Source: Trichoplax adhaerens (lineage: Eukaryota > Animalia > Placozoa). Taken from it: 64,000 bases of DNA. Positions 29,156 to 43,115 of this stretch are shown here, in pieces. Every line of letters begins with the position of its first letter. Position 1 is the stretch's first letter. The stretch is from the NCBI RefSeq assembly GCF_000150275.1, contig NW_002060967.1, forward strand, positions 310,001 to 374,000. Reading direction: 5' to 3'. The notes beneath the pieces were generated by a model. The model made no database searches. It saw only the letters and a list, made by a program, of their open reading frames with translations, and was not told the DNA's origin. A program made the position numbers and the translations under genes.

Positions 29156-31724
29156 TGAAAGGAAGGGCTGCAATTAAAAGACTGTTTGCGCGACCGCTTC
29201 CTTTCCATTCTTCATTATTAGGATTAGAATAAATTACAAGGCAAGCCCAAAGGGAACACAAGCCATTTTTTTCCCTTATTAATTGATTGAAAATCAACAA
29301 GAGATCCTGAAAATAAGGTAAGCTAATGGAGGGATAGATCGTGTTGAGCCCACCGAGGCAATTGTTTTTCTTTCGCTTGAAAACGGTCTATGGACAACAT
29401 TTTCACTGCACGGTCAATTTTTCAATGGACTACGTAGTGCGTAGTGTAAAATGACAGACAGGAGAAAGAAAAAATGCAAAGGTGCTCTCGAACTGACTGT
29501 GTAAGGTCGTTGACGATTTGAAAGTTGCACCATGTAATTGGGGCTATGTGGCTGGCTTTCAAGGAGAGTTTATACAGTAGTCAGAAATTCTCCCTTGGCA
29601 GGTCTAGTCAAGGGAGTGCTTTCCACATTTTTTTTTCTCCTTTTTTGGACTCGACAATGGATGTCATCTGATTCATGAACAGTGGTGAAGGTCTTAAGCT
29701 GAGTCCATGTTGCGTTTAGTAGCAGGATGCATAGGTAGACTAAGAATTTCATGTGATCGATTTGGCTGGTATTCATGCTCCTTGATTTGGGGTAAGGTGA
29801 TGATGCAGTACATCATCATGCAATGATCTCGACAAGAACAATCAACTTATCCAACACCTAGCTCGTAAGACTTGGCGTACTTGTTTGCTAACTTGTACAA
29901 TATTTCACTCCATGGACAATAGTGTACGCTACTCCCATTTTAAACTCCCTTATTATCCAGCATTGCAAGTACAATCAAACCATTTTTTTTATCCCATGCA
30001 ATATCGTAGCAACATGGAAAAACTAGCTCATGTGTTGTACCCTAGCGATCAGTCATCGGATGCACCGCTAGTTCTCTTCTCTCTTCATACTGCTACTTGT
30101 GAATGAGCAATCACCAATACGTCATGACTGAGAAGGTGAGCATGTGGAAAGTATTGCACAAATGCATTCATTAGAAATGATGCTGTTACCTTTTCTTCCT
30201 TTAAAACCATCAATAAGCCATCGTGTCCAGCAGTAGTGGCATGAATAATCAAAAATTCCTATGCTTTTCCACACAATCACTACACTGTAAAGTACTATAG
30301 TGTATAGTATTCGCACATTTCAATATCCTCACGGATAGATCTTCTATTGGTTAATGTCGATTCCTCGAAATAACGACGAGATTAGGACCTATCAAGTGTA
30401 AAATAAATAAATAAATAAACAATCAAATAAAGATATGGCCAATCCATCGACTGTATCTATACTACAATATTTTTCCTACCATAACAACGTGCAACCGCCT
30501 CATTCCTCTACAATACATTATCATCAACGGAGAATGTCAGTTGGAATTTAATAATGGACAAACTCGCCTGTACGATCCTCATGCAGCAATAGTCTAGACC
30601 ATTACAGGCTAGCTAGTACGTTGTACTGGTGTATGCTAGAATCTCTAGGGCTACCTCTATCGTCGATCATCATCACACATCAGCTTGCACTTTGCTAATG
30701 AGGGAATTGATCTAATCTTGATCAATACCCTCGCAAAGGACTCTTTAGTCATACCACATTTGATGATCAAGTTAATTCAATTCTACTGACTCTCTGGATC
30801 GCTATACAAATAACATTTTCAAACTAGAATCAACCATTTCTAGCCCTACACCATCACAGAACTTACAACTAGACATGGATTTATGCTTAAACTGATAATC
30901 ATCATGGCGCTCAATAAGCAAACTATGGATAATTATTTATCATTAACTTCAGTCTGCCTTTTTCAACGCCCACTCAGCTTGGCTATTAACACTCTTCTGG
31001 ATATTGTCTACGGATAGAAATATTATTCTAATGGATGTTGTAGCGAGGGGCTTTCTACTCCAGTAGACGTTGCCATCACCACGGCTAGTTCGAGATTGAA
31101 TAATTACTGTACAGATGATGGATTACTAGCTGGATCGAGCCGACATTGGCTCATAGACCATTGCTTTGATTGATGCGGAAAGAGAGTCTCGATCGCTTGC
31201 GATGGCTAGACGTCTCGGAATATTGTACTTAGCCTAGTAGAAATTTTATACTATACCGACTTGACTGATCTCTTGCTTGCGCCTATAAATCCTGACAGTA
31301 GAGAGTACATTTACAAGGCAACTACCATCATCCTGCCAACTCCAACGTGAAAATCCGCAACTATTGTGTCGCAGTTTTCGCTAAGTCATTATCCATTTTG
31401 ACTGATGATAACGACTAAATTTGTATGATTGGCAAACAGCCGGCAATTCTTTCTAATTCATTAAACATATTAAGCCGAGTGATCAAAAGCTTAAAATTTC
31501 CCATTTTCGTCATGCATTTTAATCAAGCGGCACCATAGTGTAATTGAAATAATACAGGATACTGTATAATACAGTATACTGCTCTAGTCCTGAATACTGT
31601 CCAAGACAATTGTTGTTTCATTAATTAGAAATTAAACTTGAGTTAGTGAGCGTTTGCCAAAGATTTTTTTTAAATTCATTTCCTTTATCATATCGAAGAC
31701 TACTCATCACTTCGTGCAGATATT

Positions 31725-31885
31725 TTTAGCCCAAAAATTGGACCATGTTTATATGGCGACATTTTCAGCCAAGTTTTACCATATTGCATGGAGGCATTGT
31801 TTAGTAAAGTTTTGCGATGTCGCATGGGACATTTTCAGCCAAGTTTGAGACTTGCATGGAAACATTTTCAGCAAAGCCTTGCCAA
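31725..31885. repeat. Short degenerate ~40-bp minisatellite
   Basis: acattttcagccaagttt...gcatgg repeated about 4 times. Confidence 0.7.
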
Positions 31886-32852
31886 GTGATTCGATGGCTG
31901 ATGATAATAATGATTATTAAAATGATGTCCTGTCAAGGTTACCATTTTTGAACTCTTTTGTATTGGTACAGTACTAAAGTAGCTAAAGGAATACTACAAG
32001 ATCGAAAAATGATCGGTCAAATAGTAAATCATCCATGATCGAGTCACGCGTTAGTTAAGCACTCTACTAGGGATAGCTGATTGTGTCGATTGATTTTGCC
32101 CAACAATTTTTCTACCCACCATTCGACATTTGTAGCTTTCATTGTAAAGCATAGCCATATGAGTAATTACACTGCCAAATACAGTATACTGTAGTAGTTC
32201 AAATTACGATCATATCAAGGAACTCGCTAAATAATATGACCGATTTCTTTATTTCATGTACAGAGTTCAATTAGTCTGCAACGCATTAATCATTGGTCAG
32301 AGAATTTGAAGGTGAATTTCTTATCCTTCTAAACTTGTGTCTTACTGATAAATGGCATAAAAATAGAGCAGGTATGGTAGAAGTCCGTATGCGGGATAAA
32401 GATACTATCTCAAAGCCTCAACGATCTCACTCGCATTTAAGGGATACTGTAATACTACAGCCCAATAGGCCAATACGATCGATGCACAACAAATATCAGC
32501 GACGACTAAACTTTTCCTAGTCCCTACAAATAGTCAATTTCAGGAAAAAACCCAATGTAGCAATCTTTACGATTCTTTTATTGTGGAAGAAGAGTTTAGA
32601 TCTGAGCAGCTGACGTAATCAGCAAGCTTTATTGTACTGTACGTACTAATTTAAAATAAATAATTTGTCCACGTACTTTGCAGTACTATAGCCTGGTAGT
32701 AACCGTATAAATTTATAAAATTTCAAAACCTACAAAACAAGAATTGAATCTTGTCCAATGCTATATTATGACAAAATAAATAATAATCATTGAAAGCTTT
32801 TTTTATTTTTGGGATAGAAATGATAATTTATTTTGTTTTTATTGTAGTCATT

Positions 32853-35800
32853 ATGAAACCTGGTGAAGGAAGTAATAATGGTACATCGGCAAGTAAAGAA
32901 GCTGGAGACAAGCAATGCACAGGTATCAATAAATTATGGTAGAAATAAGTTCACTACATTGAAGTTATAATTGATCTATCAAAACTGATAATTAATGATT
33001 TCGATATATTGTCCACCTGAGCCGCGATAGAGTATTTCTTCCTATTATACGAGTATACGTATTCAATATCGATTTCTGTACATAACTACTGCACTGAAAT
33101 TATTTATAGTATGGTATCTCAGCTTTGTAATTGCGCAATTATGGTTGCAACAAACTGAATTTATTACGCTTAAACTCTACAGTACACCAGGGAACGTTAA
33201 CATAAACTTTTTAATCCTTACTATAGCTAGTTGTTGCACTGAAATTCATCATAGTATGGTATCTCTGCATTATAATTACGCAGTCATGGTTGCCACAAAC
33301 TGAGTATATTACGTTTGAAATCTACACTGTGATTGTTAGCAAATATTTAATTTTGAACCTACACGTATACAATGCATACATGCAATGTACTGAATTGTTT
33401 CACCTATTTTACGATTGGCAGTCGTTACGCTAATTGACTATTTGAATTAAGAACAGTTTGATCATACGAGTTAATGTAAACAGTTGTCGGGTCAAAATAT
33501 TCTTATTTCGTGTAAGGATGAACTTATTATTCTCTATGGATGCTCTACATGATACTGTACAAGTTTAGTTCTTCAACAATTAGAAATGTCATTTAATGCG
33601 TCTCGGATAATTCTCACATTAACTGTAGTCTGTGATTACTAGTGTATTAAAGAAATAATTAATAACTTGCCATTTTTCACCATAATTCGTGTCAACAGTA
33701 TCTTCTTGGTACAACAATATACACTATTTAATTTCCATCGCTTGTAATAGACCCTAACCTATGCTGTAATGTTGACTGGTGAATTATTACTTACTAAATT
33801 TATAGAGTCTATGCCTCCCTCAATTAAACATTTGTATGCTGGACAAACAATATTTATAACTGGCGTATCTGGTTTCCTTGGCAAGGCATTGTTGGAAAAA
33901 TTGTTACGTGTTGCACCCAATATAGAAAGGATTTATGTTTTACTCAGACCTAAGAAAGGTCAACAACCCACAGAAAGATTGAAAACTATTCTACAAACTA
34001 AGGTGATAATTTCATGCATCCCTATGAAGGAATATATACTTAATTGATAATTCGTTTAGAAAGGATGCTCTTAATTATTCTGAAGTTGTATAAATGTATA
34101 AATTAACGGCAGTCTATTAATAAATTGGTAACAGCATATGTTACTACTAACCAACTAGAACAATGCAATTTTAACTAGGAATGTATTACTATAGTACTAG
34201 AAGTATTATCTACTTTAATGTAGTAACGTATAATATTTTAAATTATAAACCTTGATAATAAAATAGAATTGAGTTTAGCCTGCTACTAGTGCCAGTAGAC
34301 CTATTTCATTTAAGATAGATACGTACGTATGAACTAAATTAGCACAAGTTGTTACTGAAAGCTGTATTATTTCATCGATTACGGTATGGGATTGTGCATG
34401 GTATCATTTGACAAACTTTGAGAATGAAGCGTAAGAACATATAATTCCTACGTTCACTTGTATTAATTAAAATACATAGGATGACAACTATTGAAAAATA
34501 CCCGTATAATGAGTAATAGCAACGGCTGAGATACATAATTTTATGTACTGTCTATATTTTTAGCTCTTTGACAGCATTAGAGAAGCTTCACCAAACTTCA
34601 CTGAGAAGGTTATTCCAATATTTGGCGATATTACACTTGAAAATTATGGTATATGTGAATCCGACTTGTGTGATATAATTGCAAACACAGACATAGTGTT
34701 TCATGTAGCTGCTACAATCAAATTTGATGAACTACTACGGTAAATGTGGCATCATACAGCGGTATTAATTTATTAGATAAATACAGTACTTGGCTGGATT
34801 TTATGTGTTTGGATTGACTACAGGCAAAGTTGTGATGTATTTTTTTTTATACGAGTTTTCACAATTATCAAAGCAAAGTACTAGACAGATATAGAACATA
34901 TCTTTATTTCATTAGTGAAAGATGAGTGTAGAGTGATAAATTGTAGATTGTTATGCTTATAAATGTAGCGAAATACTTCTTGCACTGCTATTATCGTAAT
35001 GAAGTCTCATATGCATATTTTGTAAAGACATATAGCTAAACAATCTTAGTATAAATTGTAGACTGTAAACCTATGAAGTAATGTAAAGTTGTGTTGCTAT
35101 CATCCTATTTAAGTCTAATATTTTTAATTTGTGCCCTCTTAGCAAATCTATTTTGCAAAATGTAGTAAGCGTTCAAACTATGATCCGGATTTGTAAACGA
35201 ATGCCCAAGTTAAAGGTATTATACTGCATGAACTTGACAATTTATGATGTAACATTTGTCACTATTGAATATATGTGCACAATATTTACGTGCTCAATAC
35301 TTGCAGCAGCTTATAGTAACAGTTGTAACACTCAGTAATCTTTATATCCATCACCCTGTACGAGTATTTATGATAGAATTATAGTCTGCTTAGTTAATAG
35401 TTAGTACTTAGGAAAGCATCAATACTTCATTTGAACGACCTATATAGATTTATTTTTAACTTTAACCTATTACTATTTCTGCTATAACAAGAGCTATGTA
35501 CACGTATCTACGGCCTTTTGCAATACGGATAAAGAAGTAATTGAAGAAGTCATATATTCAGATATCGTTCCACCTCAAAAATTAATTGATGCAATGAGGT
35601 ATAAAATTTTCTCAAACTTTATTCAGTTATAATGATTTTAATATCGATGTGCTTTACCTAAACTTAATAGCCGTACTCTATGGAATAAGATCAGATAATA
35701 TATTAATTGTTTTAATTTGATAGTTGGATGGACGACGACATGATAAGCCAGGTAACACCAAAATTATTGGGAAGACTACCAAATACCTACACATTTACTA

Positions 35801-37372
35801 AGAAATTAGCTGAGATTGTTATCGCTACGGAAGGTTTAAATCTTCCAATAGCCATTGTTAGACCTTCTATAATTGGAGCTTCTTGGAAAGAGCCTGTTTC
35901 TGTAAGTACATATTTTAATTGATATGTCCAACAACGATGACCCTGGTATTGATATTTAGTATTCACCTCAGGGATGGATAGACAATTATTATGGTGGGAC
36001 AGCAGCGATGGTTTTGGTTCGTAAATACAGAAACATTACATTTGACTGAGCATAAAGAAAGTCGAATAATAGTTTGTTGATGATAATCTGATAATCTCGA
36101 TTAGGTTGCGAAGGGCTTACTACGTCGAATTGTTGCCAAAGAGAAATGCAAAGCTGATTTAGTTCCAGTCGACTATACTGTCAACATGCTTATAGCTGCT
36201 TGTTGGCATGCAGTGCATGCTTCGAAGCAGCAGACTCCTTTAATCTACAACTGTTGTAGTTCGCCAGACAATCCTTTTGTATGGGGGAGTTGGTTATCTT
36301 TAACCCTGAAGAATTCCTATGAATTTCCGCATGATCAAGTATTTAGAATGCCATCTTGTTCAATGAATGGCGAAACCAAGTAAGTACTACGAATCGATGT
36401 AGTATACTTCAGAAATTGGAGTAAGTTCATATTCATCAGCCAGTGAGTTCCATATTGGACTCACGGTTACTCAAAACTTTCGTTTTCTATCTGTAGCCGA
36501 TTTCATCTATTTATGCAACACTGGGTTCCGGCATACATTGTGGATGCATGGCGTTTTGTGTGTGGCAAAAAACCAAGGTATAACTGCAAAAAGTAGACTT
36601 TTATATTTTTTGTTTTATGCAGCAAAGTATTAATTTACCATCAAATTGATTAACCATTTACCTTTTAGGTTAATAAATGAGTATGATCGCATTCACAGAT
36701 CTATGACTGCCTTTGAGTATTTTACGTGCACAGAATTTAAGGTATTACTACTAACTATACAAGTGAAATTATTTTAATGGTTGGTGATCTTTTATTTTGA
36801 TATTGATTCACAATAAGAGTGATTTTTGGTTTACAGTGGACTAACAAGAATGCTAAAAAACTGTGGCAAACTATGACACCAGAAGATCATAAGGTAAATT
36901 TTTTGTGCTCTTATGCTCTAATACTTCTACTATGTAACATTAATCAGCCAGTAAACTGTATGATTTTCTGATAGTATTATAGAAAATTTAGTCTCTCCTT
37001 TCCTATTATTTTCTAGGAATTTCCATTCGATTTCACTGAACTGAATTGGGAATCATATATCTCGAATTATTGTATTGGTATTAAAAGATATTTAATGAAT
37101 GAAGACTTATCTAACCTTCCTCAAGCAAAAAAGAAAATGGCTAGGTAAATTTTATATTTTAAAAGCTTCAGAATTTGCACAGTATCTGTAAAATGATGAT
37201 TTATAACCTATTGTTTAGGCGACAACATATACGATGGGGTACTTATGCTCTTCTTGTCTTCATAATTTGGCGCGTCATATTTTCAAAATCGATGTGGGAT
37301 AAGTCGTTATGGCTTTCTCGTATAAATACATACCTTAAAACAACGAGGACTTTACTACTGATATCACCATAA
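32853..37372 (+). CDS. FAR1: Fatty acyl-CoA reductase (FAR1/FAR2 family)
   Basis: Exons 32853-32922, 33806-34002, 34564-34739, 35143-35215, 35492-35598, 35724-35901, 35972-36016, 36105-36379, 36497-36577, 36669-36741, 36837-36893, 37017-37144, 37219-37372. Rossmann motif [27 protein letters not shown], catalytic [26 protein letters not shown] and a C-terminal hydrophobic anchor. The first coding exon is less certain. Confidence 0.93.
33090..33325. repeat. Degenerate ~90-bp duplication (145-bp period) in the first coding intron of FAR
   Basis: gcactgaaatt....atagtatggtatctc...atggttgc.acaaactga at 33091 and 33236. Confidence 0.75.
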
Positions 37373-38715
37373 GCCTTAGAGTGTGATATAGGTTAGGATA
37401 TTACAGTACAATCCATTACTTCCCTTTATTTAGCATTTGTTCAATACTGAGAGTTGCGATGCTGTCGAAAACAAAACACATACTGATAAGAGGAAAGGAA
37501 ATCATTGAATATTTCCATGAAATTTTTATTTTGTGCTGCAATTAATATTAATTACATGAAAATCGAAACTATCGTTGAAAATTGGTAAAAAGTATACCGA
37601 ATAAAAAAAAAAACTTTTAAAAGTCATTTGTATAACCAGTAGAGTGGATTTTACGCCCATACAAAGTATTTCTATAGTATTAGAAAATTGTTTTTAATGT
37701 AGTAATGAATAACTGTACTTGTTTGTTTACTTTGTATGCTAATATGAAAACGTTCCTCTTTATTGCTATACGTAGGGTATATACAATACTGTAGATTATA
37801 ATTACTACTAATAGTTTTAATCAATTAATGATAAAATACGATACATTTTTGATTGAGTAAATATATATTAAATACTCTCTTAACATATACCTTGATATAT
37901 TAGAATCACTGCGGTATCTCGATGAGTATACTGTATGCTATGCTGCGGTGCATTCCATGGTAATTATTGTAATAATATTTATTTCAGTCAACTGTATCTA
38001 AATTTCGAATGTGATTCTCGAAATCTACACACATCATTGTTAGCCTATCAAATAATTTATGACAACTGATACACAAACACGTATTCCAGTAACAATTGTA
38101 GTGATGTAGATCAGCATATTTTGGTATTTAAACTACGTAATTGCTTGGTTAATTATGCTTTCTGTTCGGGATAAAATCTATAGCTATATTTAGTAGTTTG
38201 TATCTAAAAGATTTGATAATTATAATCGGAGCTTTTATAGCACAACCTTTATCAATAAATATGTTTACATATTTGAATGGGAAGGAAACCTATCGTTATG
38301 TTGTATTGTATGTTAAAGGAGTACAGATAATCGAAATTTCTTTCTGGGCTCTATATCTACAAAGTTATTTCATATGCAGTTTCTGAAATTGGTACTTTAT
38401 TTAAAAAATATCTCATCCAATAATGATATACAAATACGATTGATCCAGATTTCAAAACCGTGGAAAAATTTTTAAATTTTACACTGATTAATAACAATTA
38501 TTCCTTGTATATAACAGGGACTACTTAACCAAAATAGACCCTGTTTACATAGTCGGAAGTCCTGGTATACAGTTGAGTTCTTAATACAAAACTAGTTCAA
38601 TTTCCCTATATATACTTGAAGGAAAAATGTAATAATAATCAAAGTGGACAAGGACCGCTTGATACACTAATACGATCTATAATTTATTATTCAATATTCG
38701 TTCATTCAGACTAGG

Positions 38716-40929
38716 TTATAATTCAGTTTTGATTGAGGAATCTTCCACAGAGTTGTCCGCGCTAATTTTTGGCCTATTTGCAGCAACATGCTTAACGCCT
38801 TTTTCAATCATTCTTAAAAATTCACCAATATTAAACGCATAGTTTGTAAATTTAGCATGAGCTCCAAGTGTTGGATGATGGCCCTAATGGTATATCCATA
38901 AATAATGAAATTAATCATTTCTCATTAGCTAAAATGTGCATGATTGGTAAAAATGAACGCTAAAAAATTCTTTCATAACATTGCCTAAACAATAATGGAA
39001 GTAATGTCTAAAAGTAACGAATATTGCTGCTTGTACATGCAACATAAATTTTCTATATATAGTAACAACATCAAAGTTTACCTCATCTTGCTGAATTAAA
39101 TATTTCTTTTTCTCCCAAGTTAAATATTTTACACCTCTCAATCTTGCAAGGTCATAGTAGCATCCCTCATCTTCACAGTTGTACAACTCGAATGCTACAC
39201 CCCAATGAGGTTGGAATAGCATATGTGTTAGTCCGGAGCCATGCATACCAATAAAAATGTCTGAATTGTGAGTAATTTCTAATTGCTTTTCAAAAGGCAT
39301 CTATTTAAAAATTATAAATGAGTCAAAAGCAGGAATAAACCAATGGGTAGAACTTCTATTTATTTATGAATTATCATTTATGTCTATCGCCAGACGCGAT
39401 CATGTTATCATCGAAGTGAGTTTATGGTAGAACTTGCTGGATGATTACCTGATAGGTATAGTCAACACGTGTAACATCGTAATTCCAAATGGTCTTTAGC
39501 GCTCCTATCAGTTTATCCTCGTTAAGAATTCTACGATATTTGGTACTACGTGACAGTAGTGTGATTCTATATCGGTTTGGATCGTAAGGTTTTGTGGTAA
39601 TATTCAATCTATGTACAACATGCTCAGAGAAAGCTTTCATCAAACCACTATTATAGCATCCAGGAATCAATGGCATATTATAATATAATCCATAAAACAT
39701 TCGCGGGGGTAGAGTAAAAATAGCATCTTTAAAGCAAACCTATATTTATAAACATACAATAGACAAAACTTTAGTGATGCATTATATGGTAGGACATTGT
39801 CAACTCATCGCCAATATCAAGTAGATAATAATATCCATTAGAATTCAATTTGTAAAACAAATCGAGTTTCTTACAAATGCTTCAGGCTACTTTGGTTACG
39901 GAAACAGTACACTTGATTTATAACAGAGTAGAATTGTACAAGAATCCATTGATGATATAAATATTACCACAAACTTGGACAACAAAAGCTTACCCTCTTA
40001 TTGTCGTAATCAGATAATCGCTTGACAGGATGTCGAGAAAACGCTTTCCATGTTAATGTGAAAAAATCACCATAATTCATAGAACTAGTATCCCACATGA
40101 CGATGTTGATATCGGTGGTAAAAGAGCCATTGACATGTTGAGTTACGTAGAGGTTGACAAAATCGCAAAAATGATGAAACATATTGATACCAGCATCTAA
40201 CTTCATGAAATAAGTTGGACGCTCGACAATAACATCGCAGTGATGTCGATCTATGACGGGTTTGAATTTTAACGATGTGAAAGGGCGTAATTCTGAATGC
40301 CATGATTGTAATTCACCTTTTTGTTTATCGCTATTTTTTAAGCGTTGGCCATCCAATTGGCAATGGCCACCAATTTCTCCTTTTTTAAATACATCGGTTC
40401 GAAATCGTTCACGACTATCAGCCATTCGAGAATTTTTTAAATTCATGTATAGATTGGTTGCTCGACAATATCTCATATGTTGATTACAATCTAAGGTTGA
40501 ATCGCCTTCTTCGTCAGCTTTACATAAGTGCATCATTTCATCGCGAAATTCACGTATCATACCAAAATCAGCAGAACGCCAAAATTTATCAATTTGTTTC
40601 TCTTTGGTATGCTCCCAACCGCGTGAATCCTCAGGGCATATTGGATAAGAGTAATAATTTCGTTTTCGGCAATGTTTCTCATAACCCCAGCATGGTTGTT
40701 TCTTACTTAACTTTTTATACTCTGATGAGCATTTGTTATTACTACACTCTTGTCTTTGTAAATGGCTCATTTGGAAATATTTTTGATGTAAATCAGAATA
40801 TCTATCCAATTGATCATCACTAACGACACTGGCAATGTCAATGAATAGGATAACTGCAAGAACGCATAAAGTGAGTGGTCGCATCCTAAACCACTGTCGA
40901 GAGATTATGACATTAAGGCAATTTTTCAT
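38716..40929 (-). CDS. EOGT: EGF-domain-specific O-GlcNAc transferase (GT61)
   Basis: Exons 40929(or 40884)-39994, 39739-39449, 39300-39082, 38883-38716. Motifs [91 protein letters not shown]. Signal-peptide-like [14 protein letters not shown]; C-terminal KTEL. Confidence 0.95.
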
Positions 40930-41774
40930 TTCTTACCGCTGCTACTGTTATGTAGTGTACTGTATAACCTGAGATTAATAAATAGACAATGGCGTTGTTA
41001 ACCTTCAGTTGTAATTGATGCAATCGATCCAAATTGAAATACGCCTAGCTTTACAGAACTTGTAATTTGCGCCATCAGATTCAGTATCGATAGGTTAATT
41101 ATTATTCTACTACTGCTACAAGTCATTGAAAATTTGAGAGTAGCTCATCACTGAAAAGTGGATGGTAACATCCCCTAGCAGATTCGCACCACTCGTATTG
41201 TAATTAACCTTAAACAGCAAGTATTAACATCACTATACCTGTAAACCAGAGATAGGCTAGTCTTATACTTCCACTCGTAACGATATTGCTGGAAAGACGA
41301 ATCGATTCCCTTCTTATTGGGCTTATAAATGGCAAATTACCATTTCCTGTCCTGGAAGAGAAAAGGAGAAACAGGAGGACTAGCACCAACTCCAATCCAG
41401 TATCGAAGAACTCCAAGAAGGCGTGACGTGTCAGTTGCGGACGGATGGACTGAGTTCGCCGGCTGCTTGGAAAAGGGATTTCTCCAGAATAAATCATAGC
41501 CGCAAAATCGTTCTCAATTTTACGATCTTTTGGCTATGATTTATCATTGAGAAATCCCTGCTTAGAATAACTTGTAGACAATTGGAGATTAAATTGGTAA
41601 GCTTTTCCCTACTGTGCTGGACATAGTATAGTAGAGCGGCACTACACTACACTATAGAGGTTTCTTTCTTTTTACCTTTATGAGTGGCACCATGTTCATG
41701 GACGTCGGTTTGAATACTGCAATATACTCTGTAATATTTCATTTTGAACGTGAGCACTTCCGATTAGATACAGC

Positions 41775-43115
41775 TGTTAACATTAACTTGGTTCTATTCA
41801 CTTCAACGATAGTTTATATCGATATATACATTGTACGGTATATTGTATGATATGCAACAATGTATGCTTATACTGTACAGCAAATGAATGATTAACCAAA
41901 AATTATCAATGTACTCTGGTGTCTGTATCGGTGTTTTGCAACTTTCTGCTTCTTCACTCTGAAATGTAAAATCACTAATACATTTTGACAACAACATTAA
42001 CTTGGTTCTATTCACTTCAACGATAGTTTATATCTATATATACAGTGTAGGGTATATTGTATAATATACCCTATTATATGCTTAGATGGAGAATGATTAA
42101 CCCATAAATAATCAATGTACTGTGATGTCTGTATCGGTGTTTTGCAACTTTCTGCTTCTTCACTCTGAAATGTAAAATGAGTAATGCATTTTGACAACAA
42201 CATTAACTTAGTTTTATTAACTTCAACGATAGTTAATATCTGTATATACAGTGTACGGTATATTGTGTGATATGCAACAATATATGCTTATACTGTACAG
42301 CAAATGAATGATTAACCAAAAATAATCAATGTACTCTGATGTCTGTATCGGTGTTTTGCAACTTTCTGCATCTTCACTCTGAAATGTAAAATGAGTAATG
42401 CATTTTGACAACAACATTAACTTGGTTTTATTAACTTCAACGATAGTTTATATCCATATATACAGCGTACTGTATATTGTATAATATGCAAAAATAGATG
42501 CTTGGATGGAGAATGATTAACCCATAAATAATCAATGTACTGTGATGTCTGTATCGGCGTTTTGCAACTTTCTGCTTCTTCACTCTGAAATACACTTTGA
42601 CAACAACATTAACTTAGTTTTATTAACTTCAACGATAGTTTATATCCATCTATACAGCGTACTGTATATTGTATAATATGCAAAAATAGATGCTTAGATG
42701 GAGAATGATTAACCCATAAATAATCAATGTACTGTGATGTCTGTATCGGCGTTTTGCAACTTTCTGCTTCTTCACTCTGAAATACACTTTGACAACAACA
42801 TTAACTTAGTTTTATTAACTTCAACGATAGTTTATATCCATCTATACAGCGTACTGTATATTGTATAATATGCAAAAATAGATGCTTGGATGGAGAATGA
42901 TTAACCCATAAATAATCAATGTACTGTGATGTCTGTATCGGCGTTTTGCAACTTTCTGCTTCTTCACTCTGAAATACACTTTGACAACAACATTAACTTA
43001 GTTTTATTAACTTCAACGATAGTTTATATCCATCTATATAGCGTACTGTATATTGTATAATATGCAAAAATAGATGCTTAGATGGAGAATGATGAACCGA
43101 TAAATAGTCAATGCA
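41775..43115. repeat. Tandem satellite, 7 units of ~192-213 bp with two subtypes
   Basis: aacattaactt.gtt.tatt.acttcaacgatagttt at ~41779, 41992, 42199, 42412, 42605, 42797, 42989; the last three units are near-identical. Confidence 0.95.

Noticed and set aside
30430-31350. Coding-like composition suggesting a decayed gene upstream of FAR
   Set aside because: All plus frames I read are broken by stops and no family is recognisable; a blastx hit would be needed.
41210-41497. 95-aa minus-strand ORF upstream of EOGT
   Set aside because: No homology recognised; more likely EOGT promoter or 5'UTR sequence.
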